Shown one piece after another: positions 8,336-19,171 of a DNA stretch of 64,000 nucleotides. The translations under genes and the position numbers were made by a program. The notes under the pieces were generated by a model. It was not told where the DNA came from, ran no database searches, and saw only the letters and a program-made list of their open reading frames with translations. This DNA is from Naegleria gruberi (lineage: Eukaryota), in the NCBI GenBank assembly GCA_000004985.1, contig GG738924.1. One strand, given 5' to 3'. The stretch's first letter is position 1, and each line of letters starts with the position of its first letter.

Positions 8336-9214
8336 TCAGCTTTTATTGTTAAAAACATAAATAAATTTCCGGTGTTTATTACAACTAGGTAAAACTGAAA
8401 CGGTACTACTAAGATTATCGTATCTAGTGGGGAACTTATGAAAATTAGGGGTTCTGCTGGCCCATTTGCTGACTTTTTCAATGGTTTCTACTGCTTTTAC
8501 TTTTTCAGCAGATTTAATGGCCTTCTCTTGTTGTTTGGAGGTGATTTGGTCAAGTGAACCTCCTGATTTGTAGCTGTTAGAGAAGTTTTCAGCTGCTTCA
8601 AAGCCATTTTTAATGCCCATTCGAATACAGACTAGATTTAACTCAGAAATATTCTGAATAAATTCAAATCCTTGAAGAATAAGCGGTAAATCAAGGGTAT
8701 CACTCTCTCTCAAACGCTTGCAGATTTGAGAGATGATAAAAGAGTTTGTTAAAAGTAAAGAATAACCTTTACTTTTAATATCTTTTATACCAGATGAATC
8801 TGGAATGGGAGTGTCTACTTCTTTTCTGAACAACAATTCAAGAGCAGCCATTCTATTCTTGAATTCCAAGTTGTCAGCGTATGGAGCATTGGCTGTTTCG
8901 AATAGAAGAGAAACAGCTTCTTCCAACGGCAAATCTTCTTTCAATGACTCACCAAACATTCTTTGGTAAGAGTTGATGACGTGGTTTTTAAACCAATCAT
9001 CTGGTTCATCAGCAACTCTTGCTCTTTTACCAGAAACCTCTTCAGATGGGTTGGACTCAAACAATTCCATCGAAGAAGCGAGAGCAGAAGCACCTTGTGA
9101 ACCAACCTTGGCGGAAGGAGTTAGAACAATGACTCGTTGCTCGCTACCTGCAGAAGGTGAGCTAAGGTCTTTCGTTTTCTTGTTGTTCTTTGGTGTAGTT
9201 GGTGTTGGGGCCAT
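8336..9214 (-). CDS. Hypothetical protein (292 aa)
   Basis: Single ORF with an acidic, S/P-rich N-terminus and a helical C-terminus. Its last 35 codons are duplicated in inverted orientation at 575-690. The motif CATGCTCAAAAAATTATCACA lies immediately upstream of the ATG. Confidence 0.5.
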   Translation of the reverse strand: MAPTPTTPKNNKKTKDLSSPSAGSEQRVIVLTPSAKVGSQGASALASSMELFESNPSEEVSGKRARVADEPDDWFKNHVINSYQRMFGESLKEDLPLEEAVSLLFETANAPYADNLEFKNRMAALELLFRKEVDTPIPDSSGIKDIKSKGYSLLLTNSFIISQICKRLRESDTLDLPLILQGFEFIQNISELNLVCIRMGIKNGFEAAENFSNSYKSGGSLDQITSKQQEKAIKSAEKVKAVETIEKVSKWASRTPNFHKFPTRYDNLSSTVSVLPSCNKHRKFIYVFNNKS

Positions 9215-9922
9215 TGTGATAATTTTTTGAGCATGGAAAAATACTCAACTTATATTTTATTAAGTTTACAATGAAAACAAGTCCATTCTTCACTTCGCTC
9301 AGAATTAGACATTAGAGGGTGTTTGTTCATAAGTGCTAGATAGATATCGTGCAGATGGTGCATTGGGGAATCCAATAACTAGAAAAGAAGGTGATAATTG
9401 CAAGCTAGAAGAAATAGATTTCTTATCCGTATCAATTCTACGAATTATATTAGCTTTTTCTCTTGTTTCAGTTATCCAATTTGGGCAAGGATCAAACTCT
9501 TCAGAAGCAAACAAATCAGTATCCTGTCCGGAAAGAACAAGGTCCCTGGTGGTAACAAATAATTACAGGTATCCACACACATTTCTTCTACTGTTCCTTC
9601 ACATTCGTTTTCATTAGCCATTTTTCTTACTTGTTGTTCCATTTTTTAAAAGTGTTTTTTAACGAGTAATAAGCGTTTCCAATCAAGATTTAAGGCTTGC
9701 TCGAGTTTCAGTATTTATTCGATTAATGTATTCTCTCCTGATAAGAAATAAAGCAATTATTATTCACACAATAAACTCTGGACTTGCCGAAACTTGATAA
9801 ATCTAAGAGGATCAACCATTTGCTTTCAAGTATTCTAATTCATTAAATCTATGCATCCTTAGTAACTGAAAAAGTGGCTGAGGAAAATTTTCATTAAAAT
9901 AAAAATAGACCAGATCAAAAAC

Positions 9923-11011
9923 ATGGGTTGTTATGCTAAAGAGAATAGATTAACCGACCAAGAAGAAATTTTCAATGAGGGAGGAGGAGATGACGTAGCA
10001 GTTATGAAATATTTTGATATTAAGAATTCATCAATATTAGCAGCAACTATTATTTGGCAATTTTCGGATGAACATATGATGTTTTATTCGGGCGAATCTC
10101 GTGAAGAATTTCAAGATAATATGCCCCTCAATGACTTTGCCAATGAATGTATTCCATTGTGGTTACCTGACATTAGAAAGAAAGCTTTCAAAATTTGCAC
10201 TTTGAAAGAATGGTTAGATGAAGATGAAAATAATCCTCTTCATTCTTCTGGATTTCAATTTTCTCCTTCATACATAGGAAGTTCATCAATTGAGAAGGAA
10301 GGTACAATTTATTGTGCTTCAAATGATTTGTTTTCTCCTCATCAAGTAATGATGAAAGAAAAAATTAAGAGAAAGTTTGTGGAATTTTGTGCTTGTACCT
10401 CCTTTGGAAATGGATTGGATATTGAGGGAATTGATTTTTCAATGTTATGTGGAAAGATTTCGGATAACAGCTTGAAAACAGAGTTTATTGTACCATGTGC
10501 TTATAATCAAGTAGAAGAAACTCCTGTTATAGTGATTGGATACCCAACAAGACCTTCCAAGGCTCAAATTCTGAATGCTTATGAAATTCCTCCAAAAAGG
10601 AGGGCATTCGATGCTATATTCTCTTACAATTATAAAACAGCAAGTATAGGAAAGATCAAACACAGCACTAATCCCGATTTCATGTTAATTTCAAATGCGA
10701 CTTGTTTTGGAATGGAAGGTTCTGCTGTATTTTCTATAAAAGGGGAATTAATTGGAATAGTTATGAAAAGAAAGAAGATTTCAAAGTATAACATTGTTTT
10801 AAGTGTAAATCATCCAAGTTTTGTCATTGAATATTTGAGCTACCCAGGAAATGAACTTCTTTCTATGGATAGATCATTATATCTGCCTTTACTAGCTCCA
10901 TATATTGAGAAACACTTTCAACTTTTAACGAAAGCAATCGAAAACAAGTTGTTGAACGAAACTTTGAAGAAGAATGTGAAAAATGTGTTGGACATGGTTA
11001 ATATGAGATAA
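9923..11011 (+). CDS. Hypothetical protein (362 aa), possible trypsin-like fold with a non-canonical active site
   Basis: The C-terminal region NATCFGMEGSAVFSIKGELIGIVMKRKK resembles the GDSGGP...G.LVGIVS block of chymotrypsin-fold proteases, but the catalytic Ser position is not conserved. I have no firm homology. Confidence 0.35.
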   Translation: MGCYAKENRLTDQEEIFNEGGGDDVAVMKYFDIKNSSILAATIIWQFSDEHMMFYSGESREEFQDNMPLNDFANECIPLWLPDIRKKAFKICTLKEWLDEDENNPLHSSGFQFSPSYIGSSSIEKEGTIYCASNDLFSPHQVMMKEKIKRKFVEFCACTSFGNGLDIEGIDFSMLCGKISDNSLKTEFIVPCAYNQVEETPVIVIGYPTRPSKAQILNAYEIPPKRRAFDAIFSYNYKTASIGKIKHSTNPDFMLISNATCFGMEGSAVFSIKGELIGIVMKRKKISKYNIVLSVNHPSFVIEYLSYPGNELLSMDRSLYLPLLAPYIEKHFQLLTKAIENKLLNETLKKNVKNVLDMVNMR

Positions 11012-11087
11012 AGAGTTAAATCATTTTAAATAAATTGATGTATTAATTCTGGGTTTTTAATGGAAACCCAACATTTATTAAGTATAC

Positions 11088-11520
11088 AGGATTGCAGAAT
11101 AATAGAGACATTGTAAAGATATCCATGTAATCCAAAATGTGTCCATGGTCAATGCGTTTCTGGTCAATGTATGTGCTCAAGGATGGATAGGTGAAGCTTG
11201 TAATGTTCCACTTTCTGAATGCAATCCTCAATGAGTTCATGGTAAATGTGTTTCTGGACAATGTAAGTGTAACAATGGATGGGAGCTGAGTGCAATAGTC
11301 CAGAAATCTCCTGCGCTACTCAATGTTTCCATGGTCAATGCATCCAAGGATCTTGTATGTGCCAAATTGGTTGGACTGGTGCTTCTTGCAACAGGCCAGC
11401 CTAGCCAATTTGCACCAATGGTTGTAACAATGGTCATTGTATCAATGTTCTGAAGGTTGGACAGGTGTTTCATGTAATATTCCTTTAGCTCTTAAATGCG
11501 AACCTAAATGTGTAAATTTT
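11088..11520 (+). pseudogene. Degenerate fragment of a tenascin/Notch-type EGF-repeat gene
   Basis: Consecutive repeats CNPKCVHGQCVSGQC-CAQGWIGEACNVPLSE are visible, but they are broken by frameshifts. One TGA replaces a conserved Cys codon (CNPQ*VHGKC). No continuous ORF remains. Confidence 0.45.
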
Positions 11521-11661
11521 AAAATGTATAATATTCCAACTGGAAAAATGAATTAATAAATGGTTTTTCATTATTCATTATAGCTATTCGTTTTATAAAA
11601 TTTGAGCAGTGGTTGAGAAAGTATATAAAGAGGTTTAAGGTATTAAGGAAATCATGAAGCA

Positions 11662-11734
11662 GCTGGCGTAGCTCAGTCGGTAGAGCGTTGGTCTAATAAG
11701 CCATTGGTCGCCGGTTCGATCCCGTCCGTCAGCA
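11662..11734 (+). tRNA. tRNA-Ile (anticodon AAU)
   Basis: 73-nt cloverleaf. Acceptor GCTGGCG/CGTCAGC, D arm GCTCAGTCGGTAGAGC, anticodon loop CTAATAA, T arm GCCGGTTCGATCCCGTC. TTAAGG lies at -19..-14. A TTTT terminator follows 6 nt downstream. Confidence 0.85.
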
Positions 11735-12282
11735 ATGATTTTATACATTACGTTTTGAATCATTAAAACATTCGCGTACTTTGACTCTCAAACAATGTTT
11801 CAAGAAAGCTTATCAACTAGCTTTACAGATTATAGGAAACACTGGTATGTGTTTTGAAGAATAATATCTGATTGAAATAATCCTCTTTTTCTAAAGTAGT
11901 TGATTCTAGTGTTTTCTTCCAAACAATTGTCCGCCAATTAACATTTACTCAAACTGGAATCTTTTAAGGTTTTTCCAAAATACTCTTAATAAAATTAACA
12001 TCTATTTCAATGGTGGACTTGCGTTTCAGAAAAAATATGAAATTGACACACAAAAAGTTTGTGAGTGAAGGTAGTGTCGATCTACCACCTTAGATTCAAC
12101 GGTGAGCGTCTATGTTCTCCCAATTAAACTATTCACCCACAAATTTATCTATTAAACACACAGATCAAGATATGATAATAAGCACTTCCAAAAATAGATT
12201 TGGTTTTGGTTTTGATTAATTTTAAATATAACTTATTGAATTTGACGCTCTATTCAGAATAGAGTTTAGTCAGTGGATTGTT

Positions 12283-13500
12283 TGAAATATGAGTTGATAT
12301 TTGAAAAGTAAATTAGTAAATTGAATCAGTGAAGGTTTCATTAGGGGAAATCAGATTTCCATCCAAATTTGGAACCTTACATCTAACTTTTTGAGTTTGT
12401 TCCAAATGAAAAACTATTCGAAATGGTTTAAATTAGCACCATGTGTTTGAACTTTACTATCCAACAAAAAAAAATGAAAACAAATCTAATCTTTTCAATT
12501 GCAATTCTACTTTTACTTGCAATCCTCTCAGTTCAAGCAAGTGACAGCTATCAAACTAAACCTCCAGTTGTTGACAAGTATCACAAGCCAAGAATTTGTA
12601 AGAGAAAATGTTTAAAGCACAAGTGGATTAAGAAGTGTTTGAAACACAAACTCGTCGGTCAAAAGAAGGTCTGTGATCAATATGCAATTGTCGGTGCTGG
12701 CAAATGTCTCAAACATAAGAAATATTCTAAATGTGACAAGTACAGTAAGGCAACAAAGAAGTGTGTCTTGCATGCATACAAGATTGTTGGATGTGCCAAG
12801 AAGAAGTATTGGAAAGTTTGTGATTCTTATGGAACTAAGAAGATTTGTATCAAGAAGGGTTACAAGAAATTCTGTGCCAAACACAAGATTATCAACAAGT
12901 GCGTCAAGAAGGGATATAAGAAGGTCTGTAAGAAATTCAAGAAGGTTCCAATCAAGAAGTGTGAAAAGAAGAAGATTTGCGACAAGTATACTGTTGATTC
13001 CTATAATAAGAAGGTTGCCAAATGTAGATATGTTAAAAAGTGCAAGATTGTTTCATGGGCAAAGAAATGCGCCAAGTATAAGAAGGTTAAATACTGTAAG
13101 GAGAGAAAATCCATTAAGAAGTGTTGTCTCATTAAGAAGAAATTCTTCTGTGCCAAACATAAGACTATCAAGTTCTGTAAACACAAGAAGACTATTTCCA
13201 AATGTGTGAAATATAACAAGAAGAAGTATTGTGCCAAGTCAATTGTCATTCCACCAAGATGTATCAAGAAGAAGTATTATAAGAAGTGTTTGAAACGTTC
13301 AAAGGGAAAGAAGATTTGTAAGAAATTCAAATTAGTTGGTGGAAAGAAAAAGTGTTGCAAGTCAATCAAGAAGAAGATTTGTATCAAGAGAAAGACATGC
13401 AAAAAGTCATCAAAGCCAATCGTTAAACCATCCTTGTAAATTAATGGCATTTGCTAATACACTCTTAGTAATACGTGAGAAATATTAATAACAAAATAAA
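12283..13500. repeat. Arm A of a 1.2-kb inverted segmental duplication (partner at 55430..56650)
   Basis: The reverse complement of 55430-56650 matches this interval at about 97%. The match includes about 160 bp upstream and about 60 bp downstream of the K/C-rich CDS. Confidence 0.8.
12441..13439 (+). CDS. Secreted polybasic cysteine-repeat protein (332 aa; about 35% Lys, about 15% Cys), copy A
   Basis: N-terminal signal peptide MKTNLIFSIAILLLLAILSVQA. The mature part is tandem KKCxKxKK-type modules with Cys about every 8 residues. Several alternative-frame ORFs from the track (12612..12884, 12673..13209, 13001..13267) are artefacts of this repetitive AAG-rich sequence. Confidence 0.7.
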   Translation: MCLNFTIQQKKMKTNLIFSIAILLLLAILSVQASDSYQTKPPVVDKYHKPRICKRKCLKHKWIKKCLKHKLVGQKKVCDQYAIVGAGKCLKHKKYSKCDKYSKATKKCVLHAYKIVGCAKKKYWKVCDSYGTKKICIKKGYKKFCAKHKIINKCVKKGYKKVCKKFKKVPIKKCEKKKICDKYTVDSYNKKVAKCRYVKKCKIVSWAKKCAKYKKVKYCKERKSIKKCCLIKKKFFCAKHKTIKFCKHKKTISKCVKYNKKKYCAKSIVIPPRCIKKKYYKKCLKRSKGKKICKKFKLVGGKKKCCKSIKKKICIKRKTCKKSSKPIVKPSL

Positions 13501-13520
13501 TTAAACTATTTCACTACAGT

Positions 13521-16382
13521 TTATTTAGAAACTTTGGATGACAATGAGGCAAGAGCCATTTTGGCAAGCTCTCTACACTCATTACCTCCATCATTCTCAC
13601 TAATATCCATCAACCAATCAAATACCGAATGCACCTCCACCTTCACTTCATTCAACAGAGTTTCAGATGTGCAAGAACAGAAGGAGGTATGAAGTGTATT
13701 TAGAATACTAGCTCTAAGACTATTCACTTTTTGGACATCCTTACAGTGTAGAATGAGTGTCCAACAGAATTCGATGGTATTCCTTGCCAATTCTTGTCCA
13801 ACCAATGGAGCAGGATTAGATCCACAACAATATATGAAAATTCCAATGGTGTGAATAATCTTGGAGAGAACTAAACTATCCTCACCAAACATGATGTGAA
13901 TGGTGTTAGACATTTGATTCTTTGTTCTCAGCAGCATGTAGTAGAATCGGTAGGCGTGGAGAAGAAAGTAGTTTGCCTTGGCTACCTTTTCTGTCTTTTT
14001 CTTATTTAGGGAGGAGCCCCATCTTCTAGTGTTGGCTGGATATTGAGGAGTGTAGGTGGTTTTGGAATTCTTTGTTTCGTTAGTGGAGGTTGGAGGTGTA
14101 TCTTCCTTCTTCTTTTCAGATTGAGAGATTGAAGTATTATTCGAAAGATTGAGGGCAGATTTCACAAGTACTGTCAAAATGTCAATTCTTTGAGCTTGGG
14201 TCACTTGGTTGGACCAGAATTTGTTTGTCAAGTATATTAAAACTGTTTCATCTTCAAAGTCAATAGACCTCTGATCTTGCTTATCAAATTGAAGTTCAAT
14301 TACGGATGAACATGTCTTGGTGAGAAGTGCAACCATGGCATTCATTCTATCTGTGAAATAATTATCAATGGTAGTCTCTGAACAGGTCAATAGAGCTGTA
14401 CACAAATTAACACCATTCAATTGGACCACCTTTGGATCTGCTCTTTCAATAATTGTGGTTGCATACTTGAGAGCTGCTTCAATTTTGAACATTTGATCCT
14501 TGTCTTGATCGTTGGCAAATAAAAAGTCAATTACATCCTTGATATAGTATGGTCTGTAAGGATTATTCTCGTGATCATGCTCCTCATCAGACATGTCCAA
14601 AGATTGGAGAGATTCTACTGAAGATGTATCAGAGAGATCTGCTTCTTCCTCTTCAGAGCTACTGCTCTCCTCGTCGTCATCGAGGAGTAATTGATTAGGA
14701 TTGAAAACTTTCTCCTTCTTTTTCTTATCAAGATCCTTCTTTAAATTTGATTTTGGTTCTCCAAATACATTGGGTTTCCTCTCTGAAAAATTGGTACTTG
14801 AATTCTGAATGTTAGATGTGAGCTCATCGAGACAATCCTTGTATTCTTCAAAGAGAACGAGCGGAGGTTGCTTTGGATTAATGCTCTTACTCATTTGTAG
14901 AGAAAGTAACTAGATATTGTTAAATATATATGTATGACAACTAATCAACTTACACATCCACTTTTTCTTACATAGTCAATTGAAGAATGTAATCTTTGCT
15001 GAATTCCTTCAATACAATTTTTCAAGGTATTTGAAATTTCAAACTCTTCCTTGCTCATTAGTGAAATAAGCATAGCAAGACAATACGATACATCTATTAA
15101 ATTATTCCATTATTAGAAAATGCCACATTATTAATAAAAACATACATAATTGCTGTTCCTCATTAGATTGCATAATAAAATAATGTTGTTTCCATATTGA
15201 ACTGATATAATCCGTTACTGATGAAAGGGCAATTGTTGTATTGGTACAAGCTGGTCCGATTGAATCAATTAACATCTTTACAAAAATATACTCATTCCTG
15301 TTTACAACGTGTGGTGCAAAGGCGTACTTGAAAATAAGTGCATTTGAGAATAGTTCATACCACAAAAATGATTTGAGAATCTTCTCATTGAAAAACTTGA
15401 CCAATTCTTCATACCTATCCAAACTTGGTCTACTCTTTAGAACTTTGATGATGAATGATTTTACAATATTTTCCAGTGCACTAATATTGAAACCCTTTCT
15501 ATTTTCCAATGAAGATAATACTCTGTACAATTGATGATTGGATTCTGAAAACCATTTCACAAGTATATCACAACAAATATCTCCATATCCTCTCTTGATG
15601 AATTGTAAAATGAAATTTCCAGCTATGTCAATGGAATAATTGATAATTTCCTCATCCTCAGACTCTATGGAAATTAGTGAATTGATTATGTGTGAAATAT
15701 AGATATCAGAATTGAATAGCTTTGGTAACTTCCACAATGAAGAGTTTGTTCTCATGTATTGAGATTGAGTGCTAAGCTCTCCTTTGAAAACAAGTAGATC
15801 CTCAGATGCTGATGCATGGTCCAGCAATTCTACAATTAAACTATCATTCTTTTTTGACGTAGACCCTTTCGAATCGTCTCGATTTCTATCATCACTCTTA
15901 AAATAGAGTGCACTAATCTTTTCATGAAGAGTTAAAATAATTCTAATGATGGTCTCTTGTTCAATATTGCCAGTTATTGAATTTTTCCCTCCTTCCATAC
16001 AAGATTTCACCATACTGAAATAAAAATCATTTTGTTCCATCATGGGCACCAGTAAATTATGAATAATTATTGGAAAATGCTTATGAGAAAGGACATAATC
16101 CACTAGAAAGCAAAACCTCTCCACAAAATTTGTTGCCTTTTTCTTGTACGAGTTCGACAAAATGATGTGTGGTATTATCAATTGTTTAATTTCCATATCG
16201 GAGAAGAGAGAAATGTGATCAGCAATAATTCTCACAATTTCCGAAAATGATTTTCCCTCAATTTTAAAATTACTATTTGATTCCGAGAGGAGAGAAGTAG
16301 ATGATGATGAATTCATCGAAACAACCCTTCCTAACAAATTCTTCAATTCCGAATTGATATCTTCCTTGTTGAATTGACTCAT
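13521..16382 (-). CDS. TELO2: TELO2 (Tel2) homolog, 3 exons, about 920 aa
   Basis: Exons on the minus strand are 16382..15146, 15093..14954 and 14909..13521. The introns are 52 nt (GTATGT...AATAG) and 44 nt (GTAAGT...TCTAG). The ORF track reports it as two ORFs. The C-terminal part matches human TELO2 blocks. The CK2 acidic Ser cluster plus P.Y(V/I)(R/K)D(C/V)(V/I)(E/D)(A/F)L appears here as DMSDEEHDHENNPYRPYYIKDVIDFL. GEDQLVLGRLAHTLG appears as GEDSLVLSKIIHTIG. LEFVWALRFH appears as IEFCWTLILH. Confidence 0.75.
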
Positions 16383-16491
16383 TTTTTTAATATTAATTTT
16401 TAATTATTTAATCAATATTTCTTCAATAATTAAAAGCTTTTAATTTATTATGAAAAGAAGTACTTTTAATTCAAGTTGATTGAATAAAAGT

Positions 16492-18414
16492 TCAATTTTT
16501 ATGATTATTTCTGTGAATCTTGTGTAATTTTCTGGAAAAATCTCCAATCAAATAAAGTGAGCCAGTCACGAGAACTGAAACTTGTTGAGATTTCATATCC
16601 CACACAAAATCTAAAACTTGATTGATGCTATTGAAGATGGAAACTTTTGATTCGTCACCAGTTAATTCAATCCAAAGCTTCTTCAAGTTGTTAAGCTTTT
16701 CTGACTCGGCCTTTGACATGCCAGTTGATTTGTTTACCAAACTATTCTTTTGTGAATCGGTTGGACAGAAAATGACATAATCGAAATATTCTTTTGAGGT
16801 TGTAAGGGAAGCTAAGAGTTTTCTTGGATCTCTTACACCTGTATAGTTGAAAACAAGGACCTTCTTGTGATCTTTGGAGGATTCAGAATTTTGAGCATCT
16901 ATTCTTCTTTGGAAGGTTAGAGAGGAATTTTCTTCATTGTCACTTGAAATGTAGGAAATGTCTTCGAATTCTTGAGGAGCTTGATCATTCTTGTCAATGC
17001 ATTGAACAAACCACCTTCTACAAAGGTCCAAACTCTCATCAGTGTGAGCTCCATCAATATAGAAATCCAATCCTGGGAAGTTTACTATTTGACACCTACC
17101 TGGCCATCTAGTACTCTTCAACCCTTCAATGAAAGTTTCAGAAAGGTGGAATGGTAAAAAGTTTTTGAGTTCTTCCTTGTGAGTTGTGGTTTCATAATTG
17201 GAGTTGGCCAATGTGAGAGGAGTTTGTGAAATTGGCTCACAAACCTCTCCCTTCAAACACTGATTAAATTTGGTAAGGATATTATTTTCCTCAATAGTGC
17301 TTAAAGATACTGAAACACTTCTATTAGTCCTTTCCAAGAATGTTTTACAAAGGGCAATAGCCAATGCAGCATTCCATCTTTGATGTTCACCCTTTAGCCC
17401 AATTTCAAGCTTGTTAATGCTACCCTTCTCATTGAGAATTCTTTCATAATCCTCAATAGATGGACACATATAAAGAGGTGCGTGTGTTTGCTCTGAGGTC
17501 TTGATGAAAGAGGCCAATGCTTCCTCCTTTTGAGGGCAAGTAATACATGGAACATCCTTCTTCATAATGCCAGCCTTTTGAGCAGATATTTCAGTAATGG
17601 TTTCACCCAATAAATCCATGTGATCGTACCCAATCGATGAGATACCACACACAACTGGATCAATAATATTGGTTGCATCATATTTACCACCAATACCAAC
17701 CTCTATAATGGCTACATCAACCTTCTCGTCAATAAATGCCTTCAGTGAGACGAGAACCATCAATCGGAAATAGGTTGTCATTGGGAATGTTTGTTCAGAA
17801 GTTGTTTCCTGAGTCAATCTATCATAACAATACCAAAATGCATTTGTAAATGTTTCCTTAGAGACCAGACCACCATCAATACGTATTCTTTCTCTAATAT
17901 CAACAAGATGCGGAGAAGTGAACAATCCAGTTTTGAGACCTTGTTTTTTCAGTATATATTCACAGAATGCACAAGTACTTCCCTTTCCTTTGGTACCTGC
18001 CACGTGAATCATTTGTAATTTAGAATGATCCAATCCAATTTTATCACAATATGATTTTGTAATTTCCAAACTCAATTCATGAGCATTTGCATCATGAGGA
18101 GGAGCTTTCCTAGAGATGAGTGAATCGAGAATTTTCAATGCATTCTCATAATTCTTTTCTGTGATATGTTCTTGTGAAGCCATTTCGGAAAGTTGTGTAA
18201 TGGTATTTTGTTGATTTGAAGAGTTATTGTGATGATGAATGGAATAGAATTTGGAGTTTGGAGAAGAGTATGGAATTGTCTCTAATTTTCGGGAGAGTGT
18301 TGGTAGAGCTGTTGATGATGGTTTAATTTTCAATGATTTGCCAAATAAACCTGGAAGGAGAATAGATGATAATACACTTGAACAACAATTATTTCTCCTA
18401 ACAATAGATTTCAT
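16492..18414 (-). CDS. FPGS: Folylpolyglutamate synthase
   Basis: Single 640-aa ORF with P-loop HVAGTKGKGST, GLFTSPHLVDIRERIRIDG and the Mur-ligase/FPGS C-terminal layout. The N-terminal extension is plausibly an organellar targeting sequence. Confidence 0.85.
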   Translation of the reverse strand: MKSIVRRNNCCSSVLSSILLPGLFGKSLKIKPSSTALPTLSRKLETIPYSSPNSKFYSIHHHNNSSNQQNTITQLSEMASQEHITEKNYENALKILDSLISRKAPPHDANAHELSLEITKSYCDKIGLDHSKLQMIHVAGTKGKGSTCAFCEYILKKQGLKTGLFTSPHLVDIRERIRIDGGLVSKETFTNAFWYCYDRLTQETTSEQTFPMTTYFRLMVLVSLKAFIDEKVDVAIIEVGIGGKYDATNIIDPVVCGISSIGYDHMDLLGETITEISAQKAGIMKKDVPCITCPQKEEALASFIKTSEQTHAPLYMCPSIEDYERILNEKGSINKLEIGLKGEHQRWNAALAIALCKTFLERTNRSVSVSLSTIEENNILTKFNQCLKGEVCEPISQTPLTLANSNYETTTHKEELKNFLPFHLSETFIEGLKSTRWPGRCQIVNFPGLDFYIDGAHTDESLDLCRRWFVQCIDKNDQAPQEFEDISYISSDNEENSSLTFQRRIDAQNSESSKDHKKVLVFNYTGVRDPRKLLASLTTSKEYFDYVIFCPTDSQKNSLVNKSTGMSKAESEKLNNLKKLWIELTGDESKVSIFNSINQVLDFVWDMKSQQVSVLVTGSLYLIGDFSRKLHKIHRNNHKN

Positions 18415-19171
18415 AAAGAATCTGATGATAAATTATATATTCAATGATGAGGAGGCTTTAAAATCAAAATTCTCCAATTTAATTTAAATTATCAGGATAA
18501 TATAATTATACTATTAATGGCTGCGATGATGATGATGATGTAAATTTCAAAAGTAAAATTCCATCGAGAGTTGCTGATGAACTAGTATGATCGTTCCTTT
18601 GTTTCAATTTTTTTGAAATTGTTCCTCATCAATAAGAATGGATATGAGCACATGAACGGACTTGCATACGGATTGAGTTTTCATCTTGATAGTGAATGGA
18701 AGAAGAATCTGTATTGAATAGTAGAGTCTCATCGGTGAATTTTGAAGAATATTATTGCTTCTTACAAAATATTGCACAGGTGTCTTGTTGGATTTTATTG
18801 GGTTGGACACGTCGACAGAGTTTTGTAAAGTATTAAAGTAAAGGTCTAGAGCTTAATTAGGCCTTAGGGGAGATTAATTAATTAACCCTTCTTAATTTAT
18901 CAAGGGTTTCATTCATTGAATTTTAATAATATGTATTAATAATCATAAATTTCGGAAGAAACATCATATTGATTTAAAATTATGATCATAATTGAGCAAC
19001 AAATAGAATGAAGAGATCATCACATGAAAATGTTCTCATCAAACTATTCTCTTATCATCATTTGATTTGAAACATAAAACTAGATAATAAATTTATTCAT
19101 TCCATCAGCGTCACTAGATAACCAAGAACACGTAATTTTATTTTAAAATTTAATTAAAATATTTAAATAAA

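Noticed and set aside
11237-11280. TGA at a conserved Cys position in the EGF-repeat relic as a possible selenocysteine codon
   Set aside because: The surrounding repeats also contain frameshifts and there is no continuous ORF. Decay is the simpler explanation.
12612-13267. Three additional ORFs (12612..12884 -, 12673..13209 +, 13001..13267 -) overlapping the K/C-rich gene, and their mirror images at 55675..56330
   Set aside because: Alternative-frame translations of a highly repetitive AAG/TGT-rich coding sequence. They read R/S-rich or L/F-rich low-complexity sequence, with no independent support.
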